NCBI GenBank assembly: GCA_040391535.1 | Contig: JBEBXQ010000007.1 | Coordinates: 816-64,815, forward strand | Length of the DNA: 64,000 nucleotides | From: Telluribacter sp. | GTDB lineage: Bacteria > Bacteroidota > Bacteroidia > Cytophagales > Spirosomataceae | Direction: 5' to 3' | In this document: positions 1-10,700 of the stretch, one piece after another | Layout: every line of letters begins with the position of its first letter | Numbering within the stretch: position 1 is the first letter of the stretch | The notes under the pieces: model-generated | The model's database searches: none | Told to the model about the DNA's origin: nothing | What the model saw: only the letters and a program-made list of their open reading frames with translations | Program-made: the position numbers and the translations under genes

Positions 1-3000
1 CAGTCTGATGGCTGCCTGACGTTCTGTTTGGGGAGCTGCATTGTTTTTTAATAGGTCAGAGGCTTGCTGGACGGCTGCCTGATCACCTATTTTCTGAGCA
101 ATTTCGGAGGCAATTTTTGAGATATTTCCTCCTTTTTGCTGAAGTGCAGGATATAGATCTTTCCATTCATCCGGGGCTTTTAAATCCTGCTGGCTTTCCA
201 GGCCGTCGCGGAAACCTTCCAGTAACAAATAACGCTGCGGGGTTTCTTTACCAATAGCTGCCATTAATGGTTTTACAAAATCACCATCTGTACAACGCCG
301 GGCAACATAATTTGTCAGCACCGGAATTTTACTGTTCATGGCCAGCTCCAGCGCTTTTTCCGGGTTAGCTGCCACCAGAGGTTCCAGACCAAACCATATC
401 ATTTTAGGCAGGTTATGGTCCTCTGTATCTTCAGAATGCCGGGACAGATTGGCAATGATTTTCCATCGTGCCTGATCATCAACCCTTGAAAGCTGTGAGG
501 CCAGGTATAGCCTTACCACCGGCGAGGTATCCTGCTGAGCCATTGAAATGAATTTCCGGATGGCCTTTTCATCCGGAGAGCCGTCTTCACACAATAGCTG
601 AACTGACCATGCCCTGATATATTCATCGGTATTATCCAGTTCCTTTATTAAATCATCCTGACTAAAACCCTGTGTCTGATGCAGCGCCCACATAGCTCTC
701 AGTCTGTAATCGGCATTCGCATGATGATGGAAAATCTCCGTTAGCTGTTTGTGTGTACTTTTTTTGATTTTTTTCTGTGCCGCTCTGTGCTGAAGAATTA
801 CCCGTGCGCGACGTGCATGCCAGTCGCTCGGACTGAGTTGCAGATCCACGAGTTGTTTATCGGTTAGCTTTGTCAGGTCACTGTAACGTCCCTGCCAGTT
901 TTGTGCCAGACTTTCCTTAGGAGCAATTCGGAAGACCCTGCCGGTTTCTTTATTGAGCGTCTCCTGCCCGCAAATGTCCGCATCGTGCCAGTCAAGTGCA
1001 TACAAAGCACCATCAGGTCCGATTTCCATACTGAAACCAACCCATTGGGCATTGTTAGCCATCAGGAATTCCTCTCCGTGTTTTCCCTGAAATCCTGAGC
1101 CTTTCCTTATGAGAATATCTGATAATACGGCATGTTCATGAATATTAGCCATAAAGATTTTGCCATGCTGATCCTGGGGAAATGCATCCGACTGATAAAT
1201 ACGCGCACCCCCATGTGCGGAGCGGTGACTATGATCGGCGATGGTCCGGATATCACTGTAGACGTAAGGATTAAAATGCTGTCCGCCCTGACGGTGGTAA
1301 ATGCCTCCGGGGATCACATGCCATAAATGAGGGATTACACAGGCAGTCATAAAAAGCTGGCCTTTGGCGTCATAATCAATACCCCATGGATTACTGAATC
1401 CGTGAGCGACTACCTCAAACCGGTCCTTCACAGGATGGTACCGCCATACGCCTCCGTTTATATCAATGCCATCAGCCTCGAGCAGGTTTTCCGGGAAAGC
1501 ATCTTTATGTTTATATATTTTTGTATCACCTGAAGGCTTCCTGATTTTAGAAGGCGTGGCAAATCCCTGTAATCCATACAGCCATCCATCCGGTCCCCAG
1601 TGAAAACTGTTGAGTGTTTCATGTCTGTCACGGATACCCCATCCGGTCAGTCGTACCTCTATATCATCCATATCGGCTTTGTCATCACGGTTTTTATCGG
1701 GGACAAAAAGCAGATGCGGAGGTGCTCCCAGAAATAATCCGTCAAAGCCAACAGCCAGCGCCGCCGGAAACGCAATCCCTTCCATAAAAACCTTCCGGCT
1801 ATCCGCCTTTCCGTCACCATCCGTATCTTCCAGAATAAGTATCCTGCTGTTCCCATCATTGGAAAACCCACTTCCCCGTGATTCGTAATCCCGGTTTTCA
1901 GCGATCCATAGGCGGCCGCGGTCATCCCAGCAGAAAGCCATGGGCTGAGTCATCATAGGCTCACTTGCCCATACGTTAACCTGGTAACCGTCTTTCACGG
2001 TCATTGCGGCGACAGCTTCCTCAGGAGTTAGAAATTTAGCATTTTTTCCTTCTTCCTGCGCGATGGCCCAAAGGGCGGCAGTGGAGTAAAGTGAGTGATT
2101 GCCGGTGTACTCTTCCCATAATCCGGTGAGCTGTAGATCAGTCAGATTACCTGTATATATAAGTAAGCGGTGTTTGATAAACTCAGTTTCACCTTTTTTA
2201 ATATGCCAGTCGGCTTTACGTGCGCGTGCCGGACCGAATCCCATCTGGTTGTCAACCCGCCAGGTTTGCGGATATCCATTGTTTTCAGGATGATCAAATA
2301 CAGCGATATGGGCGTAATCATTTCTGCCAATGATCTCCATACCAGCGTCAATCCACATGGCAGGTTGTCCTTCAGCCGCAGTGTTTTTCTGACGGGCTGC
2401 ATTCATGATTTCTCCTTTGGTGCCTTCTTTCCACGGCATCCTGATGAACAATCCGCCATAGTCGTATTTTCCGATGGTAATATCTTTCTGAGCTTTCCCC
2501 TGCCATTCCAGATCGAGCAGATAGCGCCCTTCGGTTTCTTTGAAAGTCCAGATCTGAATCTCAGTCAATACGGTCTCTCCGTTTTCATCCAGCAGATTGT
2601 AGACCGTTTGCCAGCTTACTTCCTCACCCTCAGACTGAATTACACTGTATGAAGCTCTTTGCCAGTAATCTCCTTCAGGATGATGGAAATAGTCACGGCC
2701 GTTTACACGGGTATACCCCCAGTAAATGCCGGTCTGGTGCTTGTGGTGCCCCGGGCTGTATTCTGTCAGCACCCCGTTTCCGTCAGGGGCGGTAAGCGGA
2801 TGAAGGAAAGGGCGGAAGTCTTTTTTTGCCATCTGGGTAACGAGAGGTTCTGAATTCCCGTTTTTATAAACAGAAATACTTTCAGTAGTGGAATCAATTC
2901 GTGCTGTCAGCCCGGGAGCAGGCTGAATCTTATACTGATTACCGGTGGCTGTTTCATTATAGGTCAGATTAAGAATCAGCAGCGAAAGTGCGATAAAGCT

Positions 3001-3018
3001 GGCCAATGTCAGTCTCAT
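1..3018 (-). CDS. PmoA-like (DUF6807-type) N-terminal domain fused to a PVC-type membrane-bound-dehydrogenase beta-propeller and HEAT-like repeats. The C-terminus runs off the window.
   Basis: From my own reverse-strand translation. The ATG is at 3018-3016 (MRLTLASFIALSLLILN...) and the frame stays open to base 1 (1006 codons). It is absent from the ORF track because there is no stop inside the window. Motifs read: DFRPFLHPLTAPDG..SPGHHKHQTGIYWGY; WDDRGRLWIAENRDYESRG; TDGDGKADS; HWGPDGWLYG; VIPHLWHVIPGGIYHRQGG; then helical HEAT-like repeats. Confidence 0.75.
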   Translation of the reverse strand, partial: MRLTLASFIALSLLILNLTYNETATGNQYKIQPAPGLTARIDSTTESISVYKNGNSEPLVTQMAKKDFRPFLHPLTAPDGNGVLTEYSPGHHKHQTGIYWGYTRVNGRDYFHHPEGDYWQRASYSVIQSEGEEVSWQTVYNLLDENGETVLTEIQIWTFKETEGRYLLDLEWQGKAQKDITIGKYDYGGLFIRMPWKEGTKGEIMNAARQKNTAAEGQPAMWIDAGMEIIGRNDYAHIAVFDHPENNGYPQTWRVDNQMGFGPARARKADWHIKKGETEFIKHRLLIYTGNLTDLQLTGLWEEYTGNHSLYSTAALWAIAQEEGKNAKFLTPEEAVAAMTVKDGYQVNVWASEPMMTQPMAFCWDDRGRLWIAENRDYESRGSGFSNDGNSRILILEDTDGDGKADSRKVFMEGIAFPAALAVGFDGLFLGAPPHLLFVPDKNRDDKADMDDIEVRLTGWGIRDRHETLNSFHWGPDGWLYGLQGFATPSKIRKPSGDTKIYKHKDAFPENLLEADGIDINGGVWRYHPVKDRFEVVAHGFSNPWGIDYDAKGQLFMTACVIPHLWHVIPGGIYHRQGGQHFNPYVYSDIRTIADHSHRSAHGGARIYQSDAFPQDQHGKIFMANIHEHAVLSDILIRKGSGFQGKHGEEFLMANNAQWVGFSMEIGPDGALYALDWHDADICGQETLNKETGRVFRIAPKESLAQNWQGRYSDLTKLTDKQLVDLQLSPSDWHARRARVILQHRAAQKKIKKSTHKQLTEIFHHHANADYRLRAMWALHQTQGFSQDDLIKELDNTDEYIRAWSVQLLCEDGSPDEKAIRKFISMAQQDTSPVVRLYLASQLSRVDDQARWKIIANLSRHSEDTEDHNLPKMIWFGLEPLVAANPEKALELAMNSKIPVLTNYVARRCTDGDFVKPLMAAIGKETPQRYLLLEGFRDGLESQQDLKAPDEWKDLYPALQQKGGNISKIASEIAQKIGDQAAVQQASDLLKNNAAPQTERQAAIRL

Positions 3019-3216
3019 GTTATAGGTAAAATTTATTTTAAGAATTGAAAATACCGGTTATGAAAGTAAAAGATAAGGAGTAGTAAAAACTATTCAAACA
3101 AGAAGGTGAAATTTAGTGAACAACAGTTAGGTCCTGAAGTATATTTTGTACTAAATAGGCATATAACAGTAGACAATATCACGAATGTTTACTTCAAGTG
3201 AATGGATATATAAAAA

Positions 3217-3286
3217 GCCCTAAGGGCCGATATGATTATAGAAAAACAAATGACAATTCCTTGCAAAACCCCGAAAGGGGTGATAC
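3217..3286. repeat. Two-hairpin intergenic repeat unit, copy 1
   Basis: GCCC-TAA-GGGC, then GATTATAGAAAAA (3234-3246), then CCCC-GAAA-GGGG TGATAC (3269-3286). Confidence 0.6.
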
Positions 3287-3603
3287 TTTTTTCATCCCGT
3301 CCCCTGATCAAACAAATCTATTGACAGCTGCCCCTGCGAAATAAATCGTGATAAGGTCAAGTTTGTTGAGATCTGCGTTGCAGGTACTTTTGAACGATGT
3401 TTTTTTATCTGCGAAAATATCATAGATCCGCTCCTTTTTGATTTGCATAATCATTTTTTCTACGAAGAAACCAGGGCCTGCACCCCTTTATATTCATTCC
3501 CTTTACAAAGAATACCTCCGGAAAGCCTGTTTGTCTTGAAGGTATTTCACGTTAAAAAGAGTTAAATAGCCTTGCAGCAGTTTATTACAAAATATTCTTC
3601 CTC

Positions 3604-3611
3604 TACTTTTG
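3604..3611 (+). promoter_or_regulatory. Candidate -7 box (TACTTTTG) for the ABC permease gene
   Basis: Matches TAnnTTTG, 45 nt upstream of the 3656 ATG. Confidence 0.3.
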
Positions 3612-3655
3612 ATCTGCTATTTTCTGTAGCTTTTCCTGATTAACCTTTCCTGCAC

Positions 3656-6055
3656 ATGTTCAGAAACTATTTAAAAACCACTTTAAGGAACCTCCGTAAT
3701 AACCGGGCTTATGCTATCCTTAATATTCTTGGACTAAGTATCGGGATGAGCGGGGCCATTCTTATATTTCTGTTTCTGCAACATCACCGGAGCACGGACC
3801 GGCATCAGCCTCATTTTGACAGGGTTTATCGGGTAGTACTGGATTTGATCCTGGATGAGGTCATAGAACATGGAACTGATTCGTCCGTACCGTTTGCGGC
3901 TTCGCTGGGACAGAATTATCCTCAGATAGAAAAGGCCGGGTTTATCAGAAAACAGCCTAATGCAACACTTTCAGCTGGTACAGGAGCGGAGATAAAACGG
4001 TTTATTGAGAAGGATAACGTTGTCTTTGCCAACAGTGAATTTATGGAAATGTTCGCGTTTGAGTGGCTGGGGATTGATGCATCAGCGCTGATGAAGGAAC
4101 CTTACTGGGTTGTCATCAGTGAGAAAATTGCACGTAAATATTTCGGGTCTTCAGATGTGACGGGTCGCATGCTGACCCTTTCCAATACTCATCAGCTGAA
4201 AATTGCCGGTGTTGTAAAGGATCCGGTAGCTCCAACCGACCTGGCTTTTGATGTTTTCCTTTCACTTCCCACCTTAAAAAGGGTTGAGCCATCCTATGAA
4301 ATGGATAATTTCGGGTGGCTCAGTGCCCGTAATACCTCTTTTGTCCGCTTGAAAGAAGGGGTATCTGCCAGACAAACGGAAGAGCTGATCAGGAATAACG
4401 GAGAGCATTATTACGGAGAAATAGCCAAACATTATCATCATAAGCTACAGCCTATGTCAGAAGTTCATTTTGATGAACGGTATGGCGGAAAAATCAGAAA
4501 ACCCATCTTATGGATTCTGGCGGCGGTCGGTATCTTTTTAGTATTGATTGCCTGTATCAATTTTGTAAACTTATCGACGGCCCAGGCGCTGAAACGGACA
4601 AAGGAAATCGGACTCAGAAAAGTACTGGGTGGCACGAGAGGACAGCTTTTCTGGCAGTTTATCAGTGAAACAACACTGCTGACGATGGTTTCGGCGGTAT
4701 TAGCCTTGTGGTGGGTGGTTATGCTTTTACCGGTGCTGAACGACTGGATGTATACCCATCTATTTCATATCGGCATGTTGTTTCAGATACCTTTATTTGT
4801 GTTCTGGATGGTTGCGATACTTTTTGTGGTATTCTGTGCAGGATTTTATCCCGCAGTTATTGTATCAGGCTTTAATCCGATCGGGGCCCTGAAAGGGAGG
4901 GGCTATACCCGCAAAACCGGGGAGATTGGTTTGAGACGTTCGCTGATTGCGGTTCAGCTGATCATCGCTCAGGTACTGACGATATGTACCTTTGTACTTA
5001 TACTGCAATTGAAATACTTCAAAAATGCGGATCTGGGGTTTGATCAGAAAGCAGTCATTACCATCCCGCTTCCGGCTATCAATCCTGCTCCTTCTCTGAA
5101 AAACGGAATAAAGAACAGCCTGTTGCAATATCCGGATATCAGCTCGGTTACTTATCAGTATGCAGCTCCCACTTCTTCGATGGGATATGGTGGTTCCGTA
5201 CGCTTTGATAACCGGCTTGACTGGGAAAAATTCATCATCAGAGAACGGTTCGGGGATGAGGATTACCTGACTACTTATAAGATGTCATTGCTGGCCGGAA
5301 GGAATTTTACAGCAAGAGAACCGGATACAGCGTTTATTGTGAATGAAGAACTGATGCATAAACTGGGTATCAGCGATCCGGAGGAAATGCTGGGCCGCCA
5401 GCTTGAAGATGGAAATACTTCTGCAAAAGGGGAGATTGTGGGTGTGGTCAAACAGTTTCATCTCAAATCACTTCAGGAGCCGGTTGAGCCATGCGTTGTT
5501 TTTGCGCACCCTCGATTATACAAAGAACTGGCAATCAGATTGAATACAAATGATTTCAGCAGGACCCTAGGTGTTGTGAGAGAGGTATGGAAGGAGTTTT
5601 ACCCCAACGAAGTGTTTTCCTATGAATTTGTAGATGATCAGATAGCCGGGTTTTATGAAAAGGAAGCACAGCTGACAGCGCTGATCAGGGTGTTTGCGGT
5701 GGTGGCGATTCTGATTTGCTGCCTGGGATTATACGGTATGGTTTCTTTCATTCTGACACAACGAACCAAAGAAATTGGTATCAGGAAAGTGCTGGGTGCG
5801 GGGGTGAGCAGTATTGTGTTCCTTTTTGGTAAGGAATTCATGATGATCGTTATGATCGCTTTTGTTGTGGCAGTCCCGGTGGCATGGTATGCCATGAGCA
5901 GCTGGCTCAATGATTTTGCATATCGTATTGATTTAAGCTGGTGGATGTTTGCCGCTGCAGGAATAGTGGCTTTGATCATTGTCATGTTCACCGTGAGTTT
6001 TCAGGTGACTAAAGCTGCGCTTGTAAATCCTGTCAGATCCATACGGGTGGAATAA
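3656..6055 (+). CDS. ABC transporter permease, MacB/FtsX-like (duplicated FtsX module)
   Basis: 799-aa ORF. The N-terminus MFRNYLKTTLRNLRNNRAYAILNILGLSIGM is typical of Bacteroidota FtsX-type permeases. Repeated TKEIGLRKVLGG / TKEIGIRKVLGA motifs are each followed by TM helices. No ATPase gene is adjacent. Confidence 0.85.
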   Translation: MFRNYLKTTLRNLRNNRAYAILNILGLSIGMSGAILIFLFLQHHRSTDRHQPHFDRVYRVVLDLILDEVIEHGTDSSVPFAASLGQNYPQIEKAGFIRKQPNATLSAGTGAEIKRFIEKDNVVFANSEFMEMFAFEWLGIDASALMKEPYWVVISEKIARKYFGSSDVTGRMLTLSNTHQLKIAGVVKDPVAPTDLAFDVFLSLPTLKRVEPSYEMDNFGWLSARNTSFVRLKEGVSARQTEELIRNNGEHYYGEIAKHYHHKLQPMSEVHFDERYGGKIRKPILWILAAVGIFLVLIACINFVNLSTAQALKRTKEIGLRKVLGGTRGQLFWQFISETTLLTMVSAVLALWWVVMLLPVLNDWMYTHLFHIGMLFQIPLFVFWMVAILFVVFCAGFYPAVIVSGFNPIGALKGRGYTRKTGEIGLRRSLIAVQLIIAQVLTICTFVLILQLKYFKNADLGFDQKAVITIPLPAINPAPSLKNGIKNSLLQYPDISSVTYQYAAPTSSMGYGGSVRFDNRLDWEKFIIRERFGDEDYLTTYKMSLLAGRNFTAREPDTAFIVNEELMHKLGISDPEEMLGRQLEDGNTSAKGEIVGVVKQFHLKSLQEPVEPCVVFAHPRLYKELAIRLNTNDFSRTLGVVREVWKEFYPNEVFSYEFVDDQIAGFYEKEAQLTALIRVFAVVAILICCLGLYGMVSFILTQRTKEIGIRKVLGAGVSSIVFLFGKEFMMIVMIAFVVAVPVAWYAMSSWLNDFAYRIDLSWWMFAAAGIVALIIVMFTVSFQVTKAALVNPVRSIRVE

Positions 6056-6083
6056 ACAATGGCAGTTACCATTGCCTGTAACC

Positions 6084-6103
6084 AAAAAAGGCCTGCACCA
6101 GGC
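6084..6103 (-). terminator. Weak intrinsic terminator after SusD (module A)
   Basis: The minus strand reads GCCTG-GTG-CAGGC followed by CTTTTTTGG. The stem is only 5 bp. Confidence 0.4.
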
Positions 6104-6131
6104 AGACCTTTCAGGTTTTCGGGGGAATACA

Positions 6132-7733
6132 TCAATAATTGGGATTCTGGACAATAGAGCCACCCGACCGGTCTATTTCTACCTGAGGAACGGGGAAAAC
6201 TTCATTTTTGCCTGCGGTGTAATTCCCTCCTTTACCATTGGAAAAGGATAGTCTGGAATAATCATTCATGGTTTGCACGAGGGTGTTCCACCGGATCAGA
6301 TCAGACAGGCGATGGTATTCCATGGCCAGTTCCACACGGCGTTCATGACGAACGGCCTTTCTCAGGTCATCAGATGCGGTCACTTTAGGCAGCTCCTTAT
6401 CCACTACTTTTAATGTTCTGGAAATGGCTTCGGCGTCTGTACGCGATGACTTTGATGCTCTTTCACGAACCATATTGATGTAATCAGCAGCTTCCTGCTT
6501 ATTCCCTCCGCTTTCGATCAGTGCCTCAGCATACATCAGGAGAACATCTGCGTAACGGATCGGATGATAAGTCCATGCATCATCGCCCCAGCCTTGCCCG
6601 CGGCGTGACTCGGGCAGATATACTTTCCGGTTATGATAGCCGGTATTGGGATAGGTAGAAAAATCCAGGACCTCAGTTGAGCCATTGTTTTTGGCAAATA
6701 CATCGCCCGGTTGAAGAATAGTGAATAACAGCCGTGGATCTCCTTCTTCAAATTCATTGACAAGGTCCTGAGTAGGTAAATCAAATCCCCATCCACCGGT
6801 TGCGCCGCGTGGGGAACAATAAACCGGAATCGTGGATCCATAAATAAAGTCAGCGGGGCTATCTCCCATAATAATGGAAAATACAGCCTCTTTTGTCTTG
6901 TAGCCATTTTCCAGGAAAATCTCCTGGTAATCAGGATGAAGCGAATAAGCCTTTGAATCAATAACTTTCTTTGCAGCTTCGCCGGCCTTTCCAAACAGGG
7001 AAGTATCATCTTTGGCAAAGAAAAGATAAGTACGGGCAAGTAAGGCGAAAGCCGCTTCTTTGGTGGCCCGACCCAGTTCGGCGGCAGGTAAACCGGCAGC
7101 GGAAGGCATAGCTGCATCTGAGGTAACAGCCAGTAATTCCTGCTCAATGAAACTAAAGATTTCCTTGTCTGTAGCCCTCACCAGTTTGTTACGGTCGTCC
7201 ACAGTTAGGGTTTGGGTAAGTAAGGGTACACCACCGTATACACGAACCAGGTCCAGATAGAAGAAGGCCCTCAGGAATCTGATTTCAGCGAGATACCGGT
7301 TTTTTATCTGGTCGCTCAACGGATTTCCTGCAGCATCAATCAGTGGCGCTTCCGGTAATCGCTCCAGGGCTACATTACAGTTTCCGATAGCTGCATAACA
7401 GGCTGCCCAGTATCCGGTCAGTGTTTCGTTGGATGAAATGGTCCTGCCAAATCCCAGGTCGGTTACAAACGGACGATCACCGGCATCAGATCCCCCTTTG
7501 TCGCTGTCGTCCGTTGCCATATTGCCCAGTTCGGCCCTTGCTGCCTGATAGCCCCAGAAGTTATAGAATCCACGGTAGCAGGTAATGAGGGACTTAAAAC
7601 CGGCATCCGGTGACTTATAAAAATTTTCGTCTGTCTGGTTGCCCAACGGAGGATGATTAAGAAAATCATCAGAACAGGATGTTCCTGTCAGTACAAGACA
7701 GGAAGCGATGAATATATGCTTAAGTAGTTTCAT
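6132..7733 (-). CDS. SusD/RagB-family nutrient-binding outer-membrane lipoprotein (module A)
   Basis: 533 aa with a lipoprotein signal, MKLLKHIFIASCLVLTGTSC. TPR-like SusD motifs are present (RAFFYLDLVRVYGGVPL, YADVLLMYAEA, ERRVELAMEYHR..DLIRW). It lies 35 nt downstream of a SusC gene. Confidence 0.9.
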   Translation of the reverse strand: MKLLKHIFIASCLVLTGTSCSDDFLNHPPLGNQTDENFYKSPDAGFKSLITCYRGFYNFWGYQAARAELGNMATDDSDKGGSDAGDRPFVTDLGFGRTISSNETLTGYWAACYAAIGNCNVALERLPEAPLIDAAGNPLSDQIKNRYLAEIRFLRAFFYLDLVRVYGGVPLLTQTLTVDDRNKLVRATDKEIFSFIEQELLAVTSDAAMPSAAGLPAAELGRATKEAAFALLARTYLFFAKDDTSLFGKAGEAAKKVIDSKAYSLHPDYQEIFLENGYKTKEAVFSIIMGDSPADFIYGSTIPVYCSPRGATGGWGFDLPTQDLVNEFEEGDPRLLFTILQPGDVFAKNNGSTEVLDFSTYPNTGYHNRKVYLPESRRGQGWGDDAWTYHPIRYADVLLMYAEALIESGGNKQEAADYINMVRERASKSSRTDAEAISRTLKVVDKELPKVTASDDLRKAVRHERRVELAMEYHRLSDLIRWNTLVQTMNDYSRLSFSNGKGGNYTAGKNEVFPVPQVEIDRSGGSIVQNPNY

Positions 7734-7768
7734 TCTTTTTATATCATTAGGTAAGTAAACAGTCCTTA

Positions 7769-10700
7769 TCAGAACCTGGCATTAATACCAAACATAAATG
7801 TTCTTGCCTGAGGGAAATATCCCTGGTCAATTCCCGTTAGTTTGGGATCCGTCGCACCCATTTCAGGGTCAAGGCCGGAGTAACCTGTGACGGTGAACAG
7901 ATTCTGAGCCGCCGCATATACTCTTATCTGGCTGATACGTGCTTTACTTAAAAAGCTTTCAGGAATGCTGTAGCCAATCTGCAGATTTTTCATCCGGAGG
8001 AAAGATCCGTCTTCTACGAAATAATCCGAGACATTGGTGTTCAGGCCGGCATTCTGAGAGATTTTGTAGTATTGGTTGGTACTTCCGGCGCCATTCCATG
8101 CTTTTTCCAGGAATCCCTTCGGGGCATTATACCATCCGGTACCGGCTTCCGTGTCATAGCGGAGAATATTCATAACATCATTTCCCTGCGAACCTTGTAC
8201 AAATGCACTGATATCAAACCCTTTCCATGATGCGTTAAGGGTAAGCCCGTATACGAAATCAGGCCATGGGTTGCCTATGATTGTACGGTCATCAGCATTG
8301 AGCAGTTCGTCACCGTTGATATTCACAAAGCGGATATCCCCGGGGGTTGAAAGTCCTTTCTGCGGATGGTTGTCAACTTCGTCCTGCGTCTGGAAAATCC
8401 CGTCACTCAGCCACCCGAAATAGTATCCTACCGGCATACCTTCTTCTGTTTTGGAAATGGTCTCACCCAGGTGAGCCGTAGAGTAAATAGGTTCACCTCC
8501 GCCCAGGGTCAGTACCTTATTCCGGAAAGTGGAAATATTTCCCTGAATGCCATAACTGAATTCGCCAACGTTATTGGAATACCCGAGAGCAAATTCCCAG
8601 CCTTTGTTTTCCATTTTTCCGGCATTGGACCAGGGAGAATTAGGGAAGCCAAGAGTGGTAGGCAGAGGTACCACCAAAAGCATATTATCAACAATTTTGT
8701 TAAAATAGTCTGCCTGGAACGTCAGCTTATGATCAAAGAATGCCATGTCAAGCCCTATGTCTGTTTGTGTGGAGGTTTCCCATTGCAGCACCGGGTTTCC
8801 GATCGAAATCCGTCCGGCACCAAGATACGGCGTGGTATTGTTGCCAAACAGGTAGCGGCTTGTGTTGCCATAAGTAGACAAATAGGCCCCGCCCGGTACA
8901 TTCTGGTTTCCGATCTGTCCGTAGCTGACCCGCAGTTTACCTTCATTCAGCCAGCGTAAATCAGCCCCTTTTATAAAAGCTTCATTTGTGAAGTTCCATG
9001 CAGCAGAAACAGACGGGAAAGTTCCCCAGCGGTAACCGCTGGCAAAGCTGGAAGTACCGTCGCGGCGTAAATTGGCGGTAAGTACGTAGCGATTGTCATA
9101 GCTGTAACTGACCCTTCCGAAATAGGAACCCAGGGCTCTGGAATAGGTATAGCCTGAAGCCGCCGGATTGATGGTTCCGGCATTGATGATCCGCATATCT
9201 TCGTCGTTATTTACGGTACCTTGCTTTGAAGCCGCATATTCCAGCCCTTTGGTAGATTCGGCTGAGATTCCTCCCAGCAGGGTCAGGTGATGATTGCCCC
9301 AGTACTGATCGTAGGTAAGGGTATTTTCCCATACAAAGTAATCTGACCATGAGGAAGAATTACCGACATTGCTGTAGGTGCTGTAGTCATATCCGTTCAG
9401 GAAATACTGCGGTGTAAAGCCTTTGGAAATACCACGGTGCAGATCAAGACCCAGGCTGGAACGGAATTTCAGCGGCTCCAGGATTTTGATTTCAAGGTTA
9501 GCGCCACCTTTGATACTGATACCTTCCCATATACTCTGGCTCATCCGTTCGGTCTGTGCTACCGGATTGGGCTTGTTGGAGTACAGAATACCTGCATATC
9601 GGGAGAAAGGATTGCTGGCATCATAGCCACTCATGATGGTGGAATAGAAAGAAGGAATGCCGGTGAGGTTGTCTCTGAATACCGGTGTGATCGGATCGGC
9701 TGTCATTGCGCTGAAAATGGTTCCGGAGTAAGGATTGTTTTCATCGATATTCCTCCGGCTTTCATAAATCAGTGCAAGGTTGGTTCCTATTTTTACCCGT
9801 TCACTAACCTGTGCGTTGACATTATTTCTCCAGGAGATCCGGTTGTAGTCGGCTCCTTTGATAATCCCCTGCTGATCCATATAACCCAGTGAGGACGCAA
9901 AATCTACCTTGCGGCTACCTCCCGAAACGGTGATATTGTAGTTCTGAACGGGAGCGTTTCTTTTGGTAATTTCTTTCCACCAGTCGGTACCTTCCTGACC
10001 TGAATTGGTACGGACAAAATCCAGCGCCTGCGCCTTCATGTCTTCCGTAATGGGTAATGCTGCTCCTACAGCTGCTGCCGCACGGTTTTTGTAGTCGATA
10101 AATTCTTCAGCATTGAGCATGTAGGGACGTTTGGAAGCGGACTGAAATCCGTAATAGCTGTCAAAAGAAACACTGACGGCATCTTTTTTGCTTCCTTTTT
10201 TGGTCGTAATCATAATCAGACCATTGGAAGCCCTGGAACCGTAAATAGCAGCTGCAGAAGCGTCCTTATGTACGTCCATGGTTTCAATATCATTGGGATT
10301 CAGCCAGCCGATACCGCTCTGTGGTAAACCATCTACAATATAAAGCGGCTCGTTGGAATTGTTTATGGAACCAATACCCCGGATACGCACCACACCCATA
10401 GACCCCGGGCTACCGCTGCTCTGACTTACCATCACACCGGCAACCTTTCCCTGCAAGGCATCCGAGGCTGACCGTACAGGCATATTTCTGATTTCTTCCC
10501 CGCTAATGGAAGAAACGGCACCTGTAATATCTTTTTTGGATACAGAACCATATCCGACAACCACTACTTCAGAAAGACTCTGACTGGATGGTTGCAGGCT
10601 AACCGAGAGGATCTGCTGATTCCCTGCGGTCACTTCAGTGGATTCGTATCCGACGAAGCTGAACACCAGTATGGCGTTGTCATCAGGAATATTCAGCCTG

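Noticed and set aside
901-2853. String of small plus-strand ORFs (64-160 aa) listed in the ORF track
   Set aside because: All lie opposite one continuous 1006-codon minus-strand frame with strong dehydrogenase and HEAT motifs. The track omits that ORF only because it has no stop inside the window.
6536-8959. 203-aa (6536-7147, alternate frame of SusD) and 197-aa (8366-8959, antisense to SusC) ORFs
   Set aside because: They are embedded in confidently called SusD and SusC genes. Their sequences lack any family signature.
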